A stretch of 49,544 nt of DNA, counting the filler, from Candidatus Methanoxibalbensis ujae (GTDB lineage: Archaea; Halobacteriota; Syntropharchaeia; Alkanophagales; Methanospirareceae), in NCBI GenBank assembly GCA_026134085.1. It is 13 parts of 13 records of this genome, joined end to end, with 100 filler letters (N's around TTAATTAATTAA, not from the genome) between each part and the next. Parts side by side here need not be neighbours in the genome. Positions count along the whole stretch, not along the records: positions 5,531 to 10,870 come from JAOQIN010000071.1; positions 10,971 to 16,064 come from JAOQIN010000072.1; positions 16,165 to 21,237 come from JAOQIN010000073.1; 10 more parts are not named here. One strand, given 5' to 3'. Every line of letters starts with the position of its first letter. Position 1 is the stretch's first letter. Below are positions 7,311 to 17,525 of this stretch, one piece after another. The notes under the pieces were generated by a model. The model saw nothing but the letters and a program-made list of their open reading frames with translations, was not told where the DNA came from and searched no databases. A program made the translations under genes and the position numbers.

Positions 7311-8642
7311 TGAAAGGTTCGGTTTCAGCTGTGCTGTCTGCTGTCTGATTATGTGCAGCAGAGCGTCAACGCTCGCATCCACTTCCAGTGGTTTTTTGCA
7401 TATGCGCACAACATGCTCAGGGTCTTTCAGGAGATTTCCGGTTGCGATGCAGACAACTCTCTCGTCACTGTCAACGACGCCATCCTCAATCAATCTGCGG
7501 AGGCCTGCGATTGATGATGCTGATGCCGGCTCAACGCCTATTCCCTCAAGTCCCGCGAGTGCTTTCTGAGCGTCTGTGATCTCATCATCGCTCACTGTTT
7601 CTGCAACGCCACCCGATTCTCTTATCGCATGCAGTGCCTTCTGCGCGTTGACGGGATTACCGATTCTTATAGCCGTTGCGATTGTCTCAGGATGCTCAAC
7701 TGGCGTTATGTTCTCCTCTCCCTTTTTGAATGCATCAACGATGGGAGAAGCGCCTTCTGCCTGAATTCCTGTCATCCTGGGTATGTGTTCTGTGAATCCA
7801 AGCTTTTTCAGCTCCCAGAAACCCTTATATATCGCGCTTATGTTCCCCGCATTTCCAACGGGAACAACAACTCTGTCCGGAATTTCTATCTCACAGGCAT
7901 GCTTATTGGTTCGGGGAGTGTGATGGCTTTTCACAATGTTCCCTTTTGTGAGCTGTTCTGCTATCTCAAATGCGATTGTTTTCTGACCTTCCAATCTGTA
8001 GGGATTCACGGAGTTGAGCAGATATATGTTTGCCCTTTCGCAGAGCTCTCTGACAACACAAAGAGCATCGTCAAAGTTTCCTCTGATGGAAAACACCATT
8101 GCACCGTGCATAATCGCCTGTGCAAGCTTTCCCAGCGCCACTTTTCCCTTCGGCAACAAAACATAGCAGGGAATCGATGCACGAGCTGCGAAAACAGAAA
8201 GCGATGCTGATGTGTTTCCCGTTGACGCGCATGCAACTCCTCTCACACCGAGCTCAACAGCTTTCGTCACGCCGACAGTCATGCCGCGGTCCTTGAAAGA
8301 GCCTGTGGGATTCAGCCCCTCATGCTTCACATACAACTCACGAACTCCGAGCAGACTGCCGAGACGATCACAGTGATATAAAGGGGTGTTTCCCTCACCC
8401 ACACTTACAACCCGAACTCCAGCGCCGAAAGGAAGCAGTTCACTGAACTTCCAGACACCTGAATGATGAGCACTTTCCTCCCTCAAAACTCTCTCAATTG
8501 AATCCGTGTTCACCGCGGAATAGTCGTATTTCACATCCAGAAGACCGCCACATCGCTCACATATATACACAATGTCATCCCCAGAATAGCGCTTTCCGCA
8601 CTTTATACATGTCAATTCATGCGCACTCATTTCCTCACACAC
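7299..8642 (-). CDS. thrC: Threonine synthase
   Basis: N-terminal CxxC...CxxC; NPTGSFKDRG PLP lysine; ASTGNTSAS; NSVNPYRLEGQKT; PVGNAGN. Confidence 0.95.
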   Translation of the reverse strand: MCEEMSAHELTCIKCGKRYSGDDIVYICERCGGLLDVKYDYSAVNTDSIERVLREESAHHSGVWKFSELLPFGAGVRVVSVGEGNTPLYHCDRLGSLLGVRELYVKHEGLNPTGSFKDRGMTVGVTKAVELGVRGVACASTGNTSASLSVFAARASIPCYVLLPKGKVALGKLAQAIMHGAMVFSIRGNFDDALCVVRELCERANIYLLNSVNPYRLEGQKTIAFEIAEQLTKGNIVKSHHTPRTNKHACEIEIPDRVVVPVGNAGNISAIYKGFWELKKLGFTEHIPRMTGIQAEGASPIVDAFKKGEENITPVEHPETIATAIRIGNPVNAQKALHAIRESGGVAETVSDDEITDAQKALAGLEGIGVEPASASSIAGLRRLIEDGVVDSDERVVCIATGNLLKDPEHVVRICKKPLEVDASVDALLHIIRQQTAQLKPNLSSSV

Positions 8643-8707
8643 TTCTCAACGCACTCTTATATGTATATGTGAATGTATATGTGAATGCATCAATATAATC
8701 CTGGTGC

Positions 8708-9400
8708 TCATGGCACATTCAGTATCCTCAGAACTTCATTCAAATTTTTTATCTCTCCCCTCACACAGTCGCCGTTGGCATTGGCATCTGCTATGTGATC
8801 CACATCATTATCAGCATCAGCGCCGTGACGCCTGAGCAAAAGCGCATTCATCCCCGCTTTTATTGGATTTTGGTAGTCAAAAACAGGATGGTCTCCGATA
8901 TGAACCACCTCACGGGGATGAACACCAAGTATTACGCACACTCTCATGTAGAATTCACGCGATTTTTTAACCTCTTTGAAATCGGATGTTGCGGAGAACA
9001 CATGTGAGAAATAATGGAGAAGAGGCTTTATCTGAAAAAAAATGAACTCTCTTGCAGCATTTGAACTTATTATCATATCATATCCGGCATCCTTAAGCGC
9101 ATTGAGCACATATTCAACATCTTCATATATACTTATTCTGTGCCTGTATCTGTTGAACAGCTCGTCAATTGTAATTTTGAGGTTGAACCTCCTCAGCCAG
9201 TATCTCAGGTCATACCATTCTATGCGGTTCTCACCTATCTCGTTGTATGCGGCACAGACAATACTGTATGCCTGTCTGAAATCAATGCCATTCTCAGAGG
9301 CGTATTCATGAGGAATGCCCTCCAACCAAACAGCATTGACGAAATCAGGCGACACCAGCGTCCCATCCACATCAAAAGACACAATTTTTATGCGGTTCAT
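8708..9400 (-). CDS. HAD-superfamily hydrolase
   Basis: FDVDGTL motif I, SSN motif II, HIGD...D motif IV. Confidence 0.9.
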   Translation of the reverse strand: MNRIKIVSFDVDGTLVSPDFVNAVWLEGIPHEYASENGIDFRQAYSIVCAAYNEIGENRIEWYDLRYWLRRFNLKITIDELFNRYRHRISIYEDVEYVLNALKDAGYDMIISSNAAREFIFFQIKPLLHYFSHVFSATSDFKEVKKSREFYMRVCVILGVHPREVVHIGDHPVFDYQNPIKAGMNALLLRRHGADADNDVDHIADANANGDCVRGEIKNLNEVLRILNVP

Positions 9401-9621
9401 TGCGCACCCCTCTTTGCGCGAATATCCGCAGCATCAGCGCGGGCCTGATGCCTGGCACAATGTAGATGCAGATTCGGAGCTTATTTATCCTTACCCTGAC
9501 ATCGGATGGCTTGTATTGAGATGAAGACAGATGAAGATAGATGAAGACATATGAAGATGAGCGTGGGCAGGTGGTCACCGCAAGGAGCAAGCTCGGGACC
9601 CCTGAACAAGTTTGAAATCCG

Positions 9622-10677
9622 TCATATTGCCGGTTTCCTGTTTTTTTGAAGAAGGTATATGAAGAAAGGAGCGCCGAAGAAAGAGGTGATGACGCCTATG
9701 GGCATTTCACCGTAAGGCAGCACAGAAGACAGAAAACGGACGAGCATGTCAGCCCACACGAGGAATATTCCGCCCATGAGTGCTGATGCCGGCAGCAGTA
9801 TGCGGTGATCAGCTCCCACAAATATGCGTGTGATATGAGGTATTATCAGTCCCACGAACCCTATGGTTCCCGTGAAAGCGACTGCTGAAGCTGTGAGAAG
9901 TGCTGAAAGGAACAGCAGCGTCTTCTTCACACTTTCCACAGATATTCCGAGTGTCTGCGCAGTTTCCTCGCCTATGAGCAGTGCATTCAGGTCACGGGTG
10001 AACATGAAAAGTGGCGTGATACATGCGCACACAGCTGCCGCAACGATGAGCACATTCTCCCATGGCGGCTCGTCAACCCTTCCCATAAGCCACATGAATA
10101 TATATCCGAGGTCGTGCCCCACCATATACATCATGAAAGACAATATCGCATTCAGAAATATTGAGACTGCAATCCCTGTGAGAAGCAGCATGTCAACAGG
10201 AACCCTTCCACCCGTCCTCGCGATGTTGTAGACGAGGAGCGTTGCTGAGATCGCACCTATGAATGCAAACAGCGGAGTGATATAAGAGGATATGGGGATA
10301 AAAAAAGAAAACACAGCACCGACGCTCGCTCCTGATGCGGTTCCTATGATGTATGGATCAGCCATCGGATTCTTGAATATGCTCTGCATCACGACACCAG
10401 CAGCAGAAAGCGCAGCACCTATGAAAACACCCATGACAGCACGGGGAATCCTTATCTGAAACAGTATTATATGCTCAGAACGCGGATAATCGTATGAAAC
10501 AATATGCAACTCGTTTCCAATTATCCTGAGGACATCAACAGGCGAGAGGGAAGTGCCCACTGTCACCGATATGAACACTGAAATGACAAGTATCAATGTG
10601 AGCTGGAATATCAGAAACCTCCAGTGTGCAAACCTGTTCATCAGCTCTTCAACAGCATTATCCTCCTTCATTTTCAT
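9622..10677 (-). CDS. FecCD/BtuC-family ABC transporter permease (iron chelate or cobalamin)
   Basis: IRIPRA, FKNPMADPYIIG, LLIGEETAQTLG, GTIGFVGLIIPHI, GAPFFIYLL motifs. Confidence 0.92.
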   Translation of the reverse strand: MKMKEDNAVEELMNRFAHWRFLIFQLTLILVISVFISVTVGTSLSPVDVLRIIGNELHIVSYDYPRSEHIILFQIRIPRAVMGVFIGAALSAAGVVMQSIFKNPMADPYIIGTASGASVGAVFSFFIPISSYITPLFAFIGAISATLLVYNIARTGGRVPVDMLLLTGIAVSIFLNAILSFMMYMVGHDLGYIFMWLMGRVDEPPWENVLIVAAAVCACITPLFMFTRDLNALLIGEETAQTLGISVESVKKTLLFLSALLTASAVAFTGTIGFVGLIIPHITRIFVGADHRILLPASALMGGIFLVWADMLVRFLSSVLPYGEMPIGVITSFFGAPFFIYLLQKNRKPAI

Positions 10678-10793
10678 TTTTCATCTCCTTTCATCTCCAT
10701 TCATCTCACTCCATCTCAGCTCAGGATTCATCCCAGCTCAAGGGGAGATCGGATGCATTTGGAGATATTAAAAAGACATGACAGAACAAAAAA

Positions 10794-10870
10794 TATAGTT
10801 AGGTGCATAACACTTTAAACTTATTATGAATTTCTCAATCCAACTTTCTGCAAAGGATATTGATTTTGTC
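10794..10870 (-). mobile_element. Right end of an IS630-like element (assembly break)
   Basis: Identical to 26197-26272; begins TATAGTTAGGTGCATAA; minus strand reads TKSISFAESWIEKF, resembling C-termini of methanogen IS630 transposases. Confidence 0.65.
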
Positions 10871-11453
10871 NNNNNNNNNNNNNNNNNNNNNNNNNNNNNN
10901 NNNNNNNNNNNNNNTTAATTAATTAANNNNNNNNNNNNNNNNNNNNNNNNNNNNNNNNNNNNNNNNNNNNCTCATAATTAACCTCCCCCGCTGTCCCCGC
11001 CGTCTCCGCCACTTCTCCACCACGCTCTTTCTCATTTCCCCGCTTTTCCACTGCGCTCCGCTAGCACATAAAGGAGCACATAAAGAATGTCATTGAAGGC
11101 ACACCTTAAGCCCTTAGTCACCCTGTCCCTGGCTTCTCCGGCGGAAAATTTTATTAGTTCATCTTCTACCTCCCTAAATGCTTTATATTTTTATATCTTA
11201 TCATTTATGTTTTGGGATAACCTCAAAAATAAAAGATGTAGGAATAAGAATGATAATTGCTATTTATATTATAGATATATATTATTTATTGAAAGATGAG
11301 AATAGAGAAGGAAATTCAGGTTGATCCTTGGTCGTCACGCTTCTGGCAAAATGCATGGTTTTTCTTTTGATATACTTCAATTCCTCTCAATTCCATCGGA
11401 TGGAGCCACCGGTCTTGAGGCGAGAAAGATGAAATGAAAAAGAGGGATGAAAG

Positions 11454-12515
11454 ATGATGAGTGTTCCGCGTTTGGATTATGATGCGATGAGGAAGGCACG
11501 TGCCCGCCAGGACAGACTGACGAAGCCGCAGGGGAGTCTTGGGTTTCTTGAGGATCTATCAGTGAAAGTGGCTGGCATAAAAGCCGATCCTCGTCCCAGG
11601 ATAGAGGGAAAGCTCATATTGACATTTGCAGCCGACCACGGTGTCGCTGAAGAGGGAGTGAGTGCATATCCTCAAGAAGTAACTGCGCAGATGGTTCGCA
11701 ATTTCCTGCGAGGTGGTGCGGCGATAAGCGTTCTTGCACGGCATATTGGCGCGAAGCTTGTGGTTGTTGACATGGGGGTCGCAGATGACATATATCCTCC
11801 CATCTCCGCACACGAAAATTTCGTGGTGAAGAAGATTGCATACGGCACCAGAAACATGGTTGAAGAGGATGCAATGAGCAGGGAGCAGGCTGAACGCGCT
11901 GTTTATGCAGGTATGGATGTTGTTAAGGAGCAGTTTGAGCTGTTTAAGCGCAGCGGAAGCTCTCTTGACATAGTTGGAGTTGGAGATATGGGCATAGCAA
12001 ACACAACAGCATCAAGCGCAATCGCCGCATTGATAACAGGAGAGCCGCCTGAGCTCGTCACAGGTCGTGGCTCAGGACTGACAGATGAATGTGTTCAGCA
12101 CAAGATTGATGTTGTGAAAAAGGCAATCACACGTCGCAGCATAGATGTGGACGATCCTTTTGATGTGCTCGCTGCCGTGGGTGGTTTTGAGATAGCGGGC
12201 ATCGCAGGCGCAATAATAGGTGCTGCATCTCTTCGCATCCCTGTTGTCATAGACGGTTTCATCGCATGTGCAGGCGCACTCATAGCATACAAACTCAACA
12301 AAAACATCGTGGAGCACATGATCGCAGGTCATATGTCAATGGAGAAAGGTCATCCAGTCGTGCTTGAATACCTGAAAATGCGCCCCATACTGCAGCTCGA
12401 CATGCGCCTCGGTGAGGGGACAGGCGCCGCACTCGCGATAAATATCGTGGAGGCAGCATGCAAAATACTTGATGAGATGGCAACATTTGAAGAGGCAGGC
12501 GTATCTGAAAGATGA
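11454..12515 (+). CDS. cobT: Nicotinate-nucleotide-dimethylbenzimidazole phosphoribosyltransferase (bacterial-type)
   Basis: LTKPQGSLG.LE, FAADHGV, SAYPQEVTAQM, GDMGIANTT, GGFEIA, MRLGEGTGA. Confidence 0.95.
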   Translation: MMSVPRLDYDAMRKARARQDRLTKPQGSLGFLEDLSVKVAGIKADPRPRIEGKLILTFAADHGVAEEGVSAYPQEVTAQMVRNFLRGGAAISVLARHIGAKLVVVDMGVADDIYPPISAHENFVVKKIAYGTRNMVEEDAMSREQAERAVYAGMDVVKEQFELFKRSGSSLDIVGVGDMGIANTTASSAIAALITGEPPELVTGRGSGLTDECVQHKIDVVKKAITRRSIDVDDPFDVLAAVGGFEIAGIAGAIIGAASLRIPVVIDGFIACAGALIAYKLNKNIVEHMIAGHMSMEKGHPVVLEYLKMRPILQLDMRLGEGTGAALAINIVEAACKILDEMATFEEAGVSER

Positions 12516-12526
12516 AACAGCCATGT

Positions 12527-13744
12527 TCAGCCTTCCAGCAATTTTCTGACCGCTTCCTCACACTCTTTTGGTCCTCGCATGATGATTATGTCATCCGGCT
12601 GCAGTATTGTGTGCTCATCCGGATTATATATCCATGTGCCATCCTTTCTGCGCACGGCCAGCACGAACATTCCCATTTTCTTCTCAATGCCCAGACTCTC
12701 TATTGTCCTTCCAGCTGCGTTTTTCACCTCTGCTTTGAGCACAACTTCATCCATTTCACGGAGGGAAGCGGCAAAAACAGGATGCATAGGTATGTCACGG
12801 AGAATGATATCAGCGATTTCGTATGCGGCATCGGATATGATCTCCGATGAGAAGCAGACATGCAATATTCCCCGCAGCTCGTTGAAACGCTTCTTTGATG
12901 CGTTGCTTGCTGCAGCAGCCTCCATGACGAGCATCTCAAGCTCATCCTTCATCCTGTCCATGCGCTCCTCAAGTGCAGCGACCTCCTCCGCGATCTCTTT
13001 GCTCTGAAATGTAACTGCGGAGTATGCGAGACCGACCATGAGTTCGGAGATGTTCTTCATCTCAGCTATGCGGTCTGCAATCTCCTCATATATCATGCGC
13101 CTGCTCCTCCTGCTCCTCGCGAAGTCCTCACACGCAACAACCCTGTAAAATGATGGCACGCTGTCAGTCGGTCCTGATGCGATGAGAAGGTCGTTTTCCA
13201 TGATGACTTCATCCCTGTCAGGCGAGTAAATCCACCTGTCCCCCCGCTTTATCGCGAGAATTCGCATTCCAGTTTCCGTCTCAAGCATGAGCTCCCCCAG
13301 AGTTTTGCCATTTAAGGGTGATTTAGAAGATACTCTGACATGAACAACAGCCTCTTCAAGGTCCTCAATATCAAAATAGCATGTTATATCAACTGATAAT
13401 GCAGTTTTAGCGATGTCTGCTGCTGCATTTGATATGTTTTCAGCTGCTGATGCTATCTGCAGTATCCCAGAAAGCTCAACGGCATCCTGCAGATTTCTCG
13501 CGCCGAGTATCGCAGCAACCCTCAGGTTGTAAAGCAGGGAGTCCATCTGCTCCTCAAGCCTCAAAACCTCCTTCACAACCTCTCTGTTCCTGTAAAGCAC
13601 AGCAGAATATGCAAGGTCAAGCATCTCCTCAGAAATATTATTCATATCCGCAAGAACCTGCTTCACATTTGTTTCTTTATATTCTCTATACCTATCATAC
13701 CTGCCATTATCACGCATCCACATCATCACCTCTGAGCTGTTCAC
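12527..13744 (-). CDS. Tandem (PhoU + TrkA-C) x2 protein, potassium-channel/PhoU regulator family
   Basis: Two repeats of MxxxSExMxxLAYSAV...EVxxLEExMD, each followed by an RCK-C domain (GM..LA..R...WIY.PD). Confidence 0.85.
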   Translation of the reverse strand: MNSSEVMMWMRDNGRYDRYREYKETNVKQVLADMNNISEEMLDLAYSAVLYRNREVVKEVLRLEEQMDSLLYNLRVAAILGARNLQDAVELSGILQIASAAENISNAAADIAKTALSVDITCYFDIEDLEEAVVHVRVSSKSPLNGKTLGELMLETETGMRILAIKRGDRWIYSPDRDEVIMENDLLIASGPTDSVPSFYRVVACEDFARSRRSRRMIYEEIADRIAEMKNISELMVGLAYSAVTFQSKEIAEEVAALEERMDRMKDELEMLVMEAAAASNASKKRFNELRGILHVCFSSEIISDAAYEIADIILRDIPMHPVFAASLREMDEVVLKAEVKNAAGRTIESLGIEKKMGMFVLAVRRKDGTWIYNPDEHTILQPDDIIIMRGPKECEEAVRKLLEG

Positions 13745-13755
13745 CTCCCTCGGGG

Positions 13756-15150
13756 TTATTTACCCCCATTTCCCGAGGATTCAACCCCTTTGTTTGAGGA
13801 TTCAACCCCTTTCTTTGAGGATTCTTCCTTTGAGACTCCATCCTCATGCGAATTCAGGAGGAAATTCGCACCAAGTGCAGCAAGATGTTTGAAAAAATCA
13901 GGATATGATACACTGACGCACTCAACACCTTCCACAACTGTTTCCACATCTGCTGCGAGCGCAGCTACACAAGCAGCCATCGCAACACGATGATCTCCAT
14001 GCGAGCGCACTACAACGCGCCTCCTCCCCCCTTTCAGTGCTGCGATGTTTCCATGAATCACAAAACCGTCTGCACGCTCCTCCACTTTTATGCCGAATTT
14101 ACGCAGCTCCTCCGATATCGTTCGTATTCTGTCGGTTTCCTTATGCCTGAGGTGTGATGCACCTTTTATCTCTGTTTTTCCACCTGCAAATGCGCCCAAG
14201 ACAGCGACAGTGGGCGCGAGGTCGGGGCTGTCACGCAGATCAACAGTTATTCCTTTCAACTCGCTGCCTCCTCTCACCTCAACAATGCCGCCTTCTTCAT
14301 TCCAACGCACATCAGCGCCCATGTCACGCAATATATCAACAATGCGGGAATCCCCCTGCATGCTCCGATAAAGATTGTGCACACGCACAGAGGATGTTGA
14401 TGTAAGTGCAGCCGCTGCGAGTATGTAGGATGCGGATGAGAAATCGCCGGGCACTTTGAAATGTTTCAGTGAATATTCACGGCCCCCTTCTATGTGAAAA
14501 ACCGATTCATGCATCTCTATATCAACGCCAGCCCTCCTCATCACATCCATTGTCATGTGCATGTATGGCTTTGAGATGAGGTTGCGCACTTTTATGCAGC
14601 TATCCCCGGACGCAAGAGGACATGCAATGAGGAGTGCGGATATGAATTGAGAGCTGATTGAGCAGTCTATCTCTGTTTCACCACCTCTCAGAATTCCACG
14701 CACCACTATCGGAGCTCTTCCGTTTCCTGTTGTTGAAAACGCATCTGCACCCAGATCATTCAGCGCATTCAGCAGAGGTGTGTTTGTTCGCCTTCGCAGC
14801 GATTCATCGCCGGTGAGCACGGCAGCACAATCACACAACGCGCATATAGCCGTGAAAAATCGCAGCGTTGTTCCTGAGTTGCGCGCATTTATCACATCCT
14901 CTGGCGTTTTCGGCGAGCTTCCAACACCTTCCACAGAAACACAACGCCTCTCTCCGTCAACAAAAACAGAAGCACCAAGCGCATTGATCGCATCCATCGT
15001 CGCCTTCGTGTCATCGGATATGAGCGGAAACATCACATCACACTTTCCACTGCTGAGAAGCGAGACGGCGAGCGCCCTGTGCGTATAGCTCTTTGAAGGC
15101 GGCGCATCTACATCCCCTATCAGTTTTGAAGGATACAAAACCGCTCTCAT
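13756..15150 (-). CDS. aroA: 3-phosphoshikimate 1-carboxyvinyltransferase
   Basis: PPSKSYTHRA, NSGTTLRF, SSQFISALL, PGDFSSA, LRHKETDRI, GDHRVAMA, SYPDFF; C-terminal tail formed by a 21-bp tandem repeat. Confidence 0.96.
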   Translation of the reverse strand: MRAVLYPSKLIGDVDAPPSKSYTHRALAVSLLSSGKCDVMFPLISDDTKATMDAINALGASVFVDGERRCVSVEGVGSSPKTPEDVINARNSGTTLRFFTAICALCDCAAVLTGDESLRRRTNTPLLNALNDLGADAFSTTGNGRAPIVVRGILRGGETEIDCSISSQFISALLIACPLASGDSCIKVRNLISKPYMHMTMDVMRRAGVDIEMHESVFHIEGGREYSLKHFKVPGDFSSASYILAAAALTSTSSVRVHNLYRSMQGDSRIVDILRDMGADVRWNEEGGIVEVRGGSELKGITVDLRDSPDLAPTVAVLGAFAGGKTEIKGASHLRHKETDRIRTISEELRKFGIKVEERADGFVIHGNIAALKGGRRRVVVRSHGDHRVAMAACVAALAADVETVVEGVECVSVSYPDFFKHLAALGANFLLNSHEDGVSKEESSKKGVESSNKGVESSGNGGK

Positions 15151-15419
15151 TCCTTCTCTTTTGTTCTCCTCAATTCATGCTTACTATACATATGTTTATA
15201 GATTATAAAAGAATATCTTATCACATCGCATGAGCCACCGCGATTCACAGATACAGCGTCAGATGGGGCTTGCCCACTTCTCCACTTTTATCCCTGAGTG
15301 CACTTTTATTCCTGAGTGCATACGCCCGTCAGGCCCGTTAAGCGACAGCAGTTTAATTCACCGCAGAGCCCAAATGTGGGTGATTTTGCCCGCAAGAGCA
15401 AATTTTGGCGAGTGCAAGT

Positions 15420-15589
15420 TTGGAATGTCTCTACAACCTCCCATTTCGGTATTTGACAGCCTCTCCAATAATTATGGCTCTGATAACTGACGGGGTATCT
15501 TTAACGAACTCATCGTCATATCTTTTGTGAATTCCATAACGTTAATCATAGCTTCTAATGTCCTTATGGTCGCCGATTTCCCTTTTCAT
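15420..15589 (-). pseudogene. Decayed HepT/DUF86 (HEPN) toxin
   Basis: Frameshifted fragments MKREIGD..., EAMINVMEFTKDM, DEFVKD, VIRAI.IGEAVK; end coordinate approximate. Confidence 0.65.
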
Positions 15590-15597
15590 ATTTTACA

Positions 15598-15769
15598 TCA
15601 TATATATACAACCTCACTTAAGATGAGTTTGCCAATTCTTAATGCGGATTTTTCAACCAGATCAACCCCTACTCAAAGCAAATCGCTGAGATAATTTTCC
15701 AGTTCAACAAATTCCAAAAGACTAATCTTCGCATCAGGCTCAAATTCCACTAAAAAGCGATTTTTTCAT
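15598..15769 (-). pseudogene. Decayed minimal nucleotidyltransferase (MNT) antitoxin
   Basis: LVEFEPDAKISLLEFVELENYLSDLL*VGVDLVEKSALRIGKLILSEVVYI; internal TGA; the catalytic N-terminal half is missing. Confidence 0.7.
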
Positions 15770-15831
15770 TTTTTGCCACCTATTATTTTATTTCATTCTC
15801 GGTTTTAAATATTTTCAGGCGGCGGGCATTT

Positions 15832-15908
15832 CACTTAACGTTTGCGGATAAAAGAAGCTGCCGAAGGCAATTGAAATCTTTGATTTCCCTTTTATCCGCT
15901 GTTAAGTG
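15832..15908 (-). other. Integron attC-like recombination site
   Basis: Minus strand CACTTAAC-A-GCGGATAAAAG...CTTTTATCCGC-AAAC-GTTAAGTG: RYYYAAC and GTTRRRY boxes, an 11-bp inner stem and two internal hairpins (one with a TTCG loop). Confidence 0.65.
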
Positions 15909-16553
15909 ACTCAAGCGTAAGCGAGGGCAAGCAACCGTCGGGGGCAACTGTCCTTTGTTCTTTCATCTAACCACCTCAAGGAGACCTCATCCGAGAGGGA
16001 GGAAAGGTATATAAATATATTCTTTCCGAAAATATAATCATGGAGGTTGCTAAAAGCATTACGGNNNNNNNNNNNNNNNNNNNNNNNNNNNNNNNNNNNN
16101 NNNNNNNNTTAATTAATTAANNNNNNNNNNNNNNNNNNNNNNNNNNNNNNNNNNNNNNNNNNNNGCGCCTCAAGCCTCAACCCCCTTTTCACTGCCACTC
16201 CTGACTGCCAATGCAGCAGCGCCCCACAGTTTCTCGGAAGTTTAGGGTCTTCTTTACTCAACAGCTTTTGCGGCAGAAAAACAGAAATAACCTCCCGTTC
16301 CATTGCACCATCTCTTATCTATGAGGAAAACAGATAACACTGATTTCAATTTTACTTTAACATCTGAATTTTCCACATAATAGCGGAGCCATTCTCAGAT
16401 TTAACGATTCTGTATATGGTCGTTTGCATTATCAACAGCCCACCAAACACTGTCCGCTCTTCGCCACACTTCCACCGTTCTGCCTCTGTTTGTTTGGATG
16501 TCTTTCAGAGTAAATATTTTATAAGAGAAGTGAGAGACAGACAGTGGTTGCAA

Positions 16554-16720
16554 GTGGCGAAGATATACAAAAGATGCGGATTTGGGCGTTCTTGCGGGAA
16601 GACAACTGCAGTAACAGGCTGCGGCAACCAGGGAGCAGGCGAAGAACCTGCGAGATTCTGGCATTTCTTCAGTTGTTTGAGTTCGTGAGGATTGAGCGAG
16701 CTGGGAGAAGGCATCCGCAA
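16554..16720 (+). pseudogene. ilvC: Decayed 5' fragment of ketol-acid reductoisomerase
   Basis: Across frameshifts reads VAKIY..DADLGVLAGKTTAVTGCGNQG.AKNLRDSGI..V*VRED*ASWEKA, matching the IlvC Rossmann N-terminus. Confidence 0.7.
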
Positions 16721-16801
16721 ACTCAGAGCAATCATAAATATCGTTATTGTTGTGGCGCAATGGAAAAAGCGATAAATGGTATGGGAGGATTATGGATAAG
16801 G

Positions 16802-17185
16802 ATGAGTGGAAAAATTCTGTCGGCGGACTTCTCGCTTGACGACCTTGTGAATGAGATGAAAGAAGGACGGCGGGATCTGGGATGCATAGTTGCATTCATA
16901 GGTATCGTCAGGGGAGACGAAGGAGTAAAAGGCATGAATGTGCGAGTTGACAACGAAAAAATTTCAGATGCGCTGGAATCACTTTGCGTGGAGACAAAGA
17001 GGAAGTTTGAAATTGCAGATGTCAAGATAGTGCTTAAAAAAGGATATTTGAGCGTGGGAGAGAAAATAGATGCAATACTTGTCAGCGCAGCACACAGGAA
17101 AGATGCATTTAAAGCGTGTGAATTTGTTGTAGATAAGTTGAAAATGGGAGCAGTTCCCATAAAGGATGAGGAGATAAGAGAGTAA
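16802..17185 (+). CDS. moaE: Molybdopterin synthase catalytic subunit MoaE-like (divergent)
   Basis: G.IV.F.GIVR, G.L.VGE, VSAAHRKDAF.AC..VD.LK. True start probably 16802 (or 16760), not 16544. Confidence 0.75.
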   Translation: MSGKILSADFSLDDLVNEMKEGRRDLGCIVAFIGIVRGDEGVKGMNVRVDNEKISDALESLCVETKRKFEIADVKIVLKKGYLSVGEKIDAILVSAAHRKDAFKACEFVVDKLKMGAVPIKDEEIRE

Positions 17186-17525
17186 AATTGATATTGCACA
17201 TTGAACATGGGATCTATACGGCAGGAAACGCTTTCCTCAGCAATAACTCCCCTCAGCAATAACTCCATAATTCACAGTCGCTGAGTGCTGCAGTTGATGA
17301 TGATGCTTCAATGCTGTTGAAACATACGGCATCGCGCATTTGAGAAAATAGTAATCAGGCAGGATTTGTCTCAGCAATTGCGGATTTCATGGCACGGCGA
17401 TTTTCGTGCTTGAGACCTCCTCATACGCATTTTGCATCAGAAATACAGAAAAATTTGCGCTCTCGCCTCTTCTCCAAATCCTCACCTCAACCTCCAAGTC
17501 ATCTCACACAATTCATCACAGAATG

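Noticed and set aside
11100..11450. AT-rich region upstream of cobT as a riboswitch or origin
   Set aside because: No cobalamin-riboswitch core motifs and only one weak ORB-like word; likely a divergent promoter region.
15980..16064. Hairpins plus ORF start MEVAKSIT, perhaps a tnpB left end
   Set aside because: Only 8 codons before the contig end; not enough to call.
16544..16801. N-terminal extension of the 213-aa MoaE ORF as a fusion domain
   Set aside because: It is an open frame running through the ilvC relic, not a domain.
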